The notes: a model not told the origin generated them from the sequence alone. A stretch of 64,000 nt of DNA from a virus (IMGVR_UViG_3300045391_000822:32001-96000), one strand, 5' to 3'; positions 18,695-25,473 are shown, numbered from the stretch's first letter. Numbers and translations: made by a program.

Positions 18695-18870
18695 GAGATG
18701 TCTTAGGGGTAACGGGAAGGACTAAGGTTGAGAATAAGAGTTAGTTCGGTGCACCGATTAACTTGATTTCGACTAAGGTGGCTTCAGCAGATAGTACCCA
18801 TCATAAGGTTGCGCGCCTTGGATACTGTAGTTTCAGGATCGTTCCCTGGTCGGTGCCCCTAAGACATTTC
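18695..18870 (+). ncRNA. orphan ~176-nt structured RNA
   Basis: 17-bp closing stem GAGATGTCTTAGGGGTA/TGCCCCTAAGACATTTC, two internal hairpins, CGTAAATA motif just upstream. Confidence 0.65.
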
Positions 18871-18875
18871 AAAGT

Positions 18876-19074
18876 ATTCTCAGAGCAGCAATGCAAAGCG
18901 AAATCAGTAAATGCCTGGTGAGTGCGCACAATCCAGAACATCGAAACAAAGTAGCTGGTGCAAGATACTAACCCGCGTAGTTGTTTGACGCGAGTACGGC
19001 ATTCTTATTGGATGTGACAGTACCGGTCTACGTTGGAGGCTCCTGGATCGTCCCCAGGTTGCTGCTCTGAGAAT
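18876..19074 (+). ncRNA. orphan ~199-nt structured RNA
   Basis: Perfect 16-bp closing stem ATTCTCAGAGCAGCAA/TTGCTGCTCTGAGAAT; inner helix TCAGTAAATGCC/GGCATTCTTATTGG. Confidence 0.65.
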
Positions 19075-19079
19075 TGCTT

Positions 19080-19165
19080 CCATAGTTGGTAGCGTTGGAC
19101 GTCGATATCCAAATAATCCTGTTGGATCCGGATCACAGGTTGGATACCAGCGTTACCAACTATGG
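19080..19165 (+). ncRNA. rod-like hairpin RNA upstream of tmRNA
   Basis: 19-bp CCATAGTTGGTAGCGTTGG/CCAGCGTTACCAACTATGG stem with inner TATCCAA/TTGGATA and CCTGT/ACAGG. Confidence 0.55.
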
Positions 19166-19467
19166 TAGTAGGTGACCTAAAGGTTACGAGAGTGAGAAAT
19201 GAATGGCGGTAAGACGCGGGTTCGATTCCCGCCGGCTCCACCATACACGCCTTGTCTTCATGAAGCACGCCTTAACAGGACGTGTATGATGGGGCTGACA
19301 TGGATTCGATTATCGTGCTGAAGTGGACGCAACTACCCGGGCAAGCGGAGCCCGCTGACCTAGGTCAGGAATACCAAGCAAAGAAGATAAATGCTAACGA
19401 CAGCATCTTTGAGCAGCGCCTCGCGGCCTGATCACATAGTCCCTAGTAAACTGGATAGTTGATAACG
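19166..19467 (+). ncRNA. ssrA: circularly permuted (two-piece) tmRNA; tag (A)ANDSIFEQRLAA*
   Basis: The acceptor piece ends GACGCGGGTTCGATTCCCGCCGGCTCCACCA (19243). An intervening hairpin follows, then the 5' piece GGGGCTGACATGGATTCGA (19291) with G3-U70. Resume context ATAAAT|GCT; tag at 19393-19431. Outer boundaries are approximate. Confidence 0.92.
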
Positions 19468-19574
19468 ATACGATTCCAGGGAGCTAGGTGGGGCCACCGT
19501 GTACCTAGTACACCTGTGTCAGAAACCTACCTTGTCAGATAGGAAGAGTGGCCCACCTCCAGGTTAAGATAATC

Positions 19575-20192
19575 ATGGCTCTAAGAACGATAACGTTTGA
19601 TGATGAAGACCTAGATTCTGTCTCTAGGACAATTAATATATTGAACAGTTTCCGTGGAACGTTAAGGGCCAGGTCCGGTACGGCTACCGTGACGAGCAGG
19701 TGTAACGCTCAATACAACGCCGCAAAAGCTATCATAGAAACCAGAACTGCGTACCTGTATGGTAATTATGTACAGCGCAGATCCAGGGGTTGCTATGTGT
19801 ACATGCACTGCGAGGCCGATAGGAAACTTCATCGTGGCAAAAGTGGCGTAATCAATTTCCTTTTGGATTGCGGTGTTGAGTACATGCCCTTCTATGTAGG
19901 CAAGGGAGTAGGCTCGAGAGATATCTGCCTAGACAGAAACGAAACACACCGCAAAGTACGTCAACGACTCCAGACGTTTGGCAAAGATGTTGTAGTCAAA
20001 CGAGTTGCAGAAGATCTTTCCGAGAAAGATGCGTTAGCACTGGAATCACGATGGCTAGATGTGTTAGGACTCCGAGTGAACGGAGGAATGTTGGTAAATC
20101 TTGATGAAGGTGTGGAAACAGCTAGACGACGTGTTCTGTACAAGGAGCACCTGGTCGTTTTATCAGAATTTTACCAACATTCGGTAAAATAA
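19575..20192 (+). CDS. free-standing GIY-YIG-superfamily (Seg-like) homing endonuclease
   Basis: CYVYMH...PFYVGKGVGSR, E..ALALE and GMLVNLDEG pattern; located in a tRNA cluster like T4 segB. Confidence 0.72.
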   Translation: MALRTITFDDEDLDSVSRTINILNSFRGTLRARSGTATVTSRCNAQYNAAKAIIETRTAYLYGNYVQRRSRGCYVYMHCEADRKLHRGKSGVINFLLDCGVEYMPFYVGKGVGSRDICLDRNETHRKVRQRLQTFGKDVVVKRVAEDLSEKDALALESRWLDVLGLRVNGGMLVNLDEGVETARRRVLYKEHLVVLSEFYQHSVK

Positions 20193-20196
20193 TTCA

Positions 20197-20363
20197 AGAA
20201 TCCAGCGCCGAGGATGCTCCACTCTAGTGGTAGCCATAGAGACAGCTACTTAGGTAGGTTCTGAAGCGCGGAAACCGTATAGTCAACAAGGTGACCTGGG
20301 TAGAAACTGCCCGGCATATATCCGTTGAGAGCCAAGGACGTAGTGTTCTCGGCACTGGGTTCT
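20197..20363 (+). ncRNA. orphan ~167-nt structured RNA
   Basis: ~21-bp closing stem AGAATCCAG-C-GCCGAGGATGCT / AGTGTTCTCGGC-A-CTGGGTTCT with several internal hairpins. Confidence 0.6.
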
Positions 20364-20371
20364 AAATTGAC

Positions 20372-20444
20372 CTCGCGTGGTCAGGTAGGTTATGTGATGG
20401 ATTGCAATCCATCTAGACTGGTTCGATTCCAGTACGCGAGTCCA
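20372..20444 (+). tRNA. tRNA-Cys(GCA), non-canonical anticodon loop size
   Basis: CTCGCGT/ACGCGAG, U73, CCA; GATGGA-TTGCAA-TCCATC. Confidence 0.82.
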
Positions 20445-20446
20445 AA

Positions 20447-20534
20447 GGATACATGGCTGAGTGGTCGAAAGCAGCACGGTGCTAACGTGTCGAGTCGAAA
20501 GGCTCCGTAGGTTCGAATCCTACTGTATCCGCCA
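20447..20534 (+). tRNA. tRNA-Ser(GCU)
   Basis: Loop GTGCTAA, long variable arm, GCCA end. Confidence 0.92.
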
Positions 20535-20766
20535 ACCGTAATTTAACTTCGGACAATACGATGTACTATGTTGAATACTTCACACGTCGTGATGGCGTGT
20601 TGGTATCTTCTGGTGGTATTAAATCAGTACGTGGTAATAATATTGAAGAAGCACATTTAGGTGCTGTGCAGAAAGCCACAACAGTAGATTTTGGTTATCG
20701 GCTTTATGAGGGTCCTATGATGTCTCTAATTCGTCCGGTAACTGGCGTTGTTGAGCGTTAAAGATA

Positions 20767-20994
20767 ATGGGTAAACTGTCCAGGCATAAGAAAACGAAGA
20801 TGGGTGCATTACCTGGTGACATACCTTTGCAGTCCAAGGTAGAAATGCTAGAAAAAGGTAAGGCCGCAATTCGATTTTCAAAAGGCTATTCCCAGGAAAT
20901 GGGAAAGAAGGCGAGTAAGGCATTCAAGAAAATACTACGTGGACCTGAGAGAGCGCGTCTTAAAGAACGCTGTAGAACAGAGTTTGAAGAATAA
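20767..20994 (+). CDS. small basic hypothetical protein
   Basis: 75-aa Lys/Arg-rich ORF. Confidence 0.55.
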   Translation: MGKLSRHKKTKMGALPGDIPLQSKVEMLEKGKAAIRFSKGYSQEMGKKASKAFKKILRGPERARLKERCRTEFEE

Positions 20995-21011
20995 GTGATT
21001 CCGTAAATAAT

Positions 21012-21125
21012 ATGGAGTCGCTTTTCAACTACTTGGTGGCGAGGGCTATCGGTTACTTCCAGACTTTGAATCTGACCAAAACACCGTTGCTAATTATTCC
21101 CCAAGTAGCTGAAAAGCGATTCCGT
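21012..21125 (+). ncRNA. Y-RNA-like unit 1 (minimal; Gln-UUG anticodon stem-loop)
   Basis: ~24-bp closing stem, GGTGGCGAGG...GGTTACTTC-[CAGA-CTTTGAA-TCTG]...ATTCCCC. Confidence 0.78.
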
Positions 21126-21140
21126 AAATAACTGTGAAGA

Positions 21141-21313
21141 AGTTATCTTTGATTCTAGCAGTGGCGTAGCTGTGCAGTTACTTCGACTGTTAATCGAGTG
21201 GTCGCAGGTTCGAGTCCTGTCACTGCGTAAGTGGTGTAGCTCAGTTGGATAGAGCACTTGGCCGAAAGGCCGTTCCTGCAGGCGAGGGTTCCCTGCTAGA
21301 ATCAAAGATAATT
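21141..21313 (+). ncRNA. Y-RNA-like unit 2 (YrlA-like permuted tRNA module, Asn-GUU loop)
   Basis: 21-bp closing stem; AGTGGCGTAG...GTTACTTC, loop CTGTTAA, T arm, acceptor capped by GTAA, D arm, GTTCCCT. Confidence 0.88.
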
Positions 21314-21314
21314 T

Positions 21315-21473
21315 AGACTGTTATGATGTGTGCGGTGGTGAAGTATACGATTCCATCTCAACCAGTGGGTCGCGGGTTCGAGTCCCGTCTATCCGTCAGG
21401 ATAGTAGATCAGTTGGTAGATCAACCGGCAATTAATCGTACACGATTGTTCCCCGCACACATCATAGCAGTCT
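21315..21473 (+). ncRNA. Y-RNA-like unit 3 (YrlA-like)
   Basis: 21-bp closing stem; GGTGGTGAAG; T arm GCGGG-TTCGAGT-CCCGT, CTATCC-GTCA-GGATAG, D arm TAGATCAGTTGGTAGATC; TTGTTCCCC. Confidence 0.86.
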
Positions 21474-21487
21474 CAGAGTTTTAGTTT

Positions 21488-21633
21488 AGCAGTGGCGTAG
21501 ATAACAGTTACTTCGCATGGAAAGCCGGTACCGTAAGGTTGCGCTAGTTCGAATCTAGCCCCTCCCAAATCTGTGGGAGGGTAGGGAAGTGGATAAACCC
21601 GCCGTAACGTTCTGTTGTCGTTTGTTCCCTGCT
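21488..21633 (+). ncRNA. Y-RNA-like unit 4 (permuted tRNA-Ser mimic, GGA loop, long variable arm)
   Basis: AGCAGTGGCGTAG...GTTACTTC-GC-ATGGAAA-GC, variable arm ACC-GTAA-GGT, T arm, capped acceptor, Ser-type D loop, TTGTTCCCTGCT. Confidence 0.86.
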
Positions 21634-21635
21634 TT

Positions 21636-21711
21636 ACATCCATCGTCTAGAGGCCTAGGACACTGCCCTTTCACGGCAGGTACGCGGGTTCGAATCCCGC
21701 TGGGTGTGCCA
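21636..21711 (+). tRNA. tRNA-Glu(UUC)
   Basis: Loop CTTTCAC, Glu-type D arm, GCCA. Confidence 0.93.
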
Positions 21712-21781
21712 GTTTAGGCTCCTTGTTTCACGGACATGCTAGTCCGAGGTTTTGAAACTGGAACAAGGAGTCCTTCTTAGT

Positions 21782-21891
21782 TTTGCAGTGGCGTAATTAA
21801 TCGAGTTCATCGCTAATTGGATAAGCACTGGGGCTTGGTCCCAGTTTAGTGGTTCGATTCCACGCTCTCGATAATGTCTGTTCCCTGCAAA
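21782..21891 (+). ncRNA. Y-RNA-like unit 5 (non-permuted D-anticodon-T module)
   Basis: TTTGCAGTGGCGTAA...GTTCCCTGCAAA enclosing GCT-AATTGGATA-AGC, ACTGGG-GCTTGGT-CCCAGT and GTGG-TTCGATT-CCAC. Confidence 0.8.
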
Positions 21892-21902
21892 TTGATTTAT
21901 GT

Positions 21903-21978
21903 GGTGCGTTAGCTCAGTTGGTAGAGCGCTGGATTGTCTATCCAGAAGTCAGGAGTTCGAGCCTCCTACGCATCGCCA
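21903..21978 (+). tRNA. tRNA-Asp(GUC)
   Basis: Loop TTGTCTA, GCCA end. Confidence 0.93.
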
Positions 21979-22073
21979 AGTTTGGACCACCAGCTTGTTA
22001 ACTGAATCTGATTCATATGGCTCAGCGCGCTAGTGACCAGCTTTTTTGTAGAAGCTGGTGGTCCTACTAGTTT

Positions 22074-22189
22074 GGTAGTGGCGTAGTTAGTCGGTTACTT
22101 CTTTGCAAGAGAATGCTAGGTTCGATTCCTGGTGCGGCCGGAAGGCTGTAGGCATGGCGCCAACTACCCGACAACGTTTGTTCCCTACC
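22074..22189 (+). ncRNA. Y-RNA-like unit 6 (permuted module, Cys-GCA loop)
   Basis: GGTAGTGGCGTAG...GGTTACTTC, TTCT-TTGCAAG-AGAA, T arm, GCGGCC-GGAA-GGCTGT, short D arm, TTGTTCCCTACC. Confidence 0.84.
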
Positions 22190-22372
22190 TACCCTGTCTC
22201 TGTTTCTGCCTGACGCAGAGATACGCGCTGTCAAGTTCTTGTAGACCCGGTGGGGCCGGCACCTATGAGGATTTGACAGCGCATCTTTTTGGGGTTGGTG
22301 AGGAAGTTGAACGTCTACGAACTACCGAAGTTCGTTCTTTCATCTGTCACTCTTCACTACAAAGGAGCCAAA

Positions 22373-23845
22373 ATGGCCCACCTCAACCGTAAAGCTGATC
22401 CGCATCGTAAAGCGGTAACCAAAGAATCTGTCCTTAACAATGCTCCGTTCGAGCAACTTTCCCGTGCAGTGATGACCTGCCTGCTGTGGGAAGGTACTGA
22501 AGACGAACGCATATCCAAGCTCGTTCCCAGCGTTCCGCTGGAAGATGTAGCGTACCTGGCACGGACGGCACATGAAGATATGAAGCTGCGCCATGTGCCG
22601 CTACTCCTGGCTCGGGAAATGGCGCGCCATCCAGGTCGTGTGGAAAATCCTTCCGTCATCGCGAACACGATTGAAGCGGTTATCAACCGTCCTGATTCAT
22701 TGACGGAATTCCTGGCTATCTATTGGAAGGATGGACGTCAGCCATTGTCAGGCCAGGTAAAGAAAGGTCTGGCTCGCGCATTTGCAAAATTCAGCGAGTA
22801 TCAACTAGCGAAGTACAATCGTGATCACGAAGTGAAGTTGCGCGACGTGCTCTTCCTTTCACATGCAAAGCCGAAAGACGTTGAACCTGGTTCTGCTTTG
22901 TGGAATAAGGATGCGCGTACCAACTACAAACCAAACAAGGGGTTTGTACGCGAGTTCACGAAAGGCGAACTCCTGTATGGTCGAGTAGTTCACGATCAGT
23001 TGGTTTCCCCAGAAACGTGGGAAAACAAGCTGTCACGCGGCAAAGACAAGAAAGAAACGTTTGCTGATTTGATGAAGAGTGGTAAGTTGGGAGGCCTGGC
23101 TTTCCTGCGTAACCTGCGCAATATCAAAGAAGCCGGCATATCTAAGGATGTGGTCAATAGCTATGCAGATGTAGCCAAGGTTGATGGAATCCTGCCTTTC
23201 CAGTTCATGTCTGCGCAACGTGCAGTTCCTGAATGGGAAGATGCCATCGAGAAGATGATGCTCCGCGCAGTGGAGAACATTCCCAAACTACCAGGACGCA
23301 CGGTGTTGGTTGTGGACTTGTCGGGTTCCATGAGAGCGCAGATGGCAGATAAGTCGGGATTGGAACGTACTGATGTAGCGGCAGCATTCAGTGTTCTGTG
23401 CCGTGAACTGTGCGAGAACATTGCAGTGTTTGCTACGGCAGGTAACGACCATAGCCGGAAGCACGCTACGATAACTGTTCCGCCGCGTCGTGGATTTGCT
23501 TTGGCAGAAAAGCTGCGTGTTGGTGGAGATCAAGAAATCTATCGTCGCATTGGCCAAGGCGGTATTTTCCTTAAGCAGGTTACGGAGTTCGTTTCTGGCA
23601 CCCTTGGTGATCAAGATGTCGAACGTTGTATCGTCATCACTGACGAACAGGATACGGATATCGACGGAACTTCTGCGAAAGCAAAGTTGATCGGTAAACA
23701 CAACTACATCGTCAACATCGCGACGAACGCTCGAGGTATCGGTTACGGACGTTTCACCCATATCAATGGATGGTCCGAAGCTGTACTGAAGTTCATCGCA
23801 GCCTATGAAGCGAACGAAGAAACGATGCACAAAGGTGCAGCTTAA
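22373..23845 (+). CDS. rsr: Ro60/Rsr TROVE-vWA RNA-binding protein
   Basis: LRHVPLLL, KYNR, LRDVLFLSH, TWE..LS and LGGLAFLRNLRNI (TROVE); VVDLSGSM MIDAS and ITDEQ (vWA); RBS AAGGAG before the ATG at 22373. Confidence 0.93.
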   Translation: MAHLNRKADPHRKAVTKESVLNNAPFEQLSRAVMTCLLWEGTEDERISKLVPSVPLEDVAYLARTAHEDMKLRHVPLLLAREMARHPGRVENPSVIANTIEAVINRPDSLTEFLAIYWKDGRQPLSGQVKKGLARAFAKFSEYQLAKYNRDHEVKLRDVLFLSHAKPKDVEPGSALWNKDARTNYKPNKGFVREFTKGELLYGRVVHDQLVSPETWENKLSRGKDKKETFADLMKSGKLGGLAFLRNLRNIKEAGISKDVVNSYADVAKVDGILPFQFMSAQRAVPEWEDAIEKMMLRAVENIPKLPGRTVLVVDLSGSMRAQMADKSGLERTDVAAAFSVLCRELCENIAVFATAGNDHSRKHATITVPPRRGFALAEKLRVGGDQEIYRRIGQGGIFLKQVTEFVSGTLGDQDVERCIVITDEQDTDIDGTSAKAKLIGKHNYIVNIATNARGIGYGRFTHINGWSEAVLKFIAAYEANEETMHKGAA

Positions 23846-23863
23846 CTAGTTCGTAAATAGGAT

Positions 23864-23891
23864 AGCGGGAGGCAAGAACATGCCTCCCGCT
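23864..23891 (+). terminator. stem-loop after rsr
   Basis: AGCGGGAGGCA-AGAACA-TGCCTCCCGCT; no clear U tract. Confidence 0.45.
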
Positions 23892-23937
23892 CGTATGCGG
23901 CTCACGACCTGTAAAGAGCCAAGAATTCAAAACCCCT

Positions 23938-24387
23938 ATGAAAGATCCTAATGTAGTGGCAGTCCTAGGACTGTTGTTGGGACTCGGTGTGAAGCATCTC
24001 ATTGTGGACTTCGCATTGCAGCCACCGTACATGTACTTGAACAAAGGAAAATTTGGCCATCCTGGTGGCATCATACACTCGCTCCTACACGCTGCCTCTA
24101 CAATTGTTGTCATTGGTATTTGGTCCGTCGTTACCAAATACGGAATTGCAGGTGCTCATGCGTTGGTTAACATCGTGGTGCTTGAATTCTGGTGGCACTA
24201 CATGACAGACCTGACTAAGGTACGTCTGTGTCAACATTTCGGATGGAGAGCACTTCCTCCCAAGGGGAAGGAGCACGACGTACAAGAATTGGCTAAGTGT
24301 AATTGTTTCTGGATCGCACTAGGTGTTGATCAATTCTCCCATTTTACCAATTACCTGGTCATTGCTTTTGTGATGATGGCTATCTAA
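23938..24387 (+). CDS. DUF3307-like membrane protein
   Basis: KHLIVDFALQ, HSLLH, WHYMTD..K and LGVDQFSH His/Asp motifs in TM helices. Confidence 0.75.
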   Translation: MKDPNVVAVLGLLLGLGVKHLIVDFALQPPYMYLNKGKFGHPGGIIHSLLHAASTIVVIGIWSVVTKYGIAGAHALVNIVVLEFWWHYMTDLTKVRLCQHFGWRALPPKGKEHDVQELAKCNCFWIALGVDQFSHFTNYLVIAFVMMAI

Positions 24388-24771
24388 GGAACATCAATGA
24401 AAGGTGCTGAACATATTGAATTCGAGTCCTATGCGGCTGCAAAGGAACGAACTGCTCATTCATTTGTAGATATGGAAACATTCCACGATGACCTACGCAG
24501 TCACACGCTGAATCACCATTTCAGTGGTATCAAGATTTTCATTCCTGAAGACGTATACGACACGCTGTACCGTACTCTCGTGGAGTCAGGAGAGGAAGAA
24601 GATTCTCGCGTGTCGTTGGATGAGCAGCAACAGGAAGATAATGAAGGGTATGTGTTCACTTATCGCAAGATGGCGGTGATCACGGATACTATTCTTGATA
24701 AATCACGGCGCTTCCTTCCTCCAGGAACCTATGTCGTGGCCTACTACCCCACCTCTAACTAGGAGACAACT

Positions 24772-25128
24772 ATGTCGAACTTAAGCACTGGTAGCGTTAA
24801 GAAAGCAGCAAGTATTGGTGAAGAAGATATTCAGTCCTTTGTAGCACGATCCATGGACTGTGTAGGGCCTATAAGCGGTACGATGCAGCAGATTCGGAAC
24901 ATGCAGGATCAAGTGGACATCTTTAATAACCTCTTGTTGAGTCTGAAGAACCGACTACACCCGGTAACTATACCGCCTATTACGGCAGAAGCTGGGATAG
25001 ATTCTACGGATAAGCAACTTCCCTATACGTCTTCGAGCCCTGTAGCCCGAGAGATCGAATCAACTGTTCGTGCTCAGAAGTTGCTTAATTCTGAGTTGCG
25101 GGATCTGCTCTCTATGCTGGAGATCTAA
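24772..25128 (+). CDS. coiled-coil hypothetical protein (tandem paralog of the next gene)
   Basis: Helix-LxPV-linker-helix architecture shared with 25130..25438. Confidence 0.6.
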   Translation: MSNLSTGSVKKAASIGEEDIQSFVARSMDCVGPISGTMQQIRNMQDQVDIFNNLLLSLKNRLHPVTIPPITAEAGIDSTDKQLPYTSSSPVAREIESTVRAQKLLNSELRDLLSMLEI

Positions 25129-25129
25129 A

Positions 25130-25438
25130 ATGGTACAGGTAGCTAGACGAGTTGATTTATCAGATTCCCAACAAGCTACAGAACAGAAAGTAGTAGGTTA
25201 TCTGGAGCGTGAACTCAACGAGGTTGATAGCCTAATCACCAAGTTGGTAGCTGCGGTCGATCATCATGAACAGGTATTGAATCCTGTTCTAGGATCGTTG
25301 GAAGAGGAGAAAGATACACCTCCGGAGCCAGAGATAGATCCAGACACATTGATAGGACAGAAACTGCTATCCGTTCGAGAAAGTCTAAGGTACGTAACGC
25401 AACGATTGTATAGCCTGACTGGTCGTACACGGGTTTAA
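25130..25438 (+). CDS. coiled-coil hypothetical protein
   Basis: Likely start MVQVARR; LNPVL motif like the preceding gene. Confidence 0.55.
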   Translation: MVQVARRVDLSDSQQATEQKVVGYLERELNEVDSLITKLVAAVDHHEQVLNPVLGSLEEEKDTPPEPEIDPDTLIGQKLLSVRESLRYVTQRLYSLTGRTRV

Positions 25439-25473
25439 AAATTATTTGGTTTCCTGCAGCAAGGAGTAAGATT

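Noticed and set aside
19478-20363. Group I intron housing the endonuclease
   Set aside because: ATAGTC is present but there is no matching GACTA P7 partner, and no interrupted exon pair could be found.
20290-20365. Resemblance to RNase P RNA or to a second tmRNA 3' end
   Set aside because: There is no GAGGAAAGUCC/P4 and no T arm plus CCA; the segment is explained as the 3' strand of the 20197-20363 stem.
14026-21305. ORF-track entries overlapping tRNA, tmRNA and Y units (for example 14990-15400, 19005-19268, 21090-21305)
   Set aside because: They are translations of RNA genes with no RBS or coding signal.
21012-22189. Y-unit array read as a CRISPR array
   Set aside because: There are no identical direct repeats with uniform spacers. 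The conserved parts are short bipartite motifs that pair with each other, and no cas genes are present.
22289-22372. Upstream in-frame extension of the Ro60 ORF
   Set aside because: It overlaps a structured hairpin, and a strong RBS precedes the ATG at 22373.
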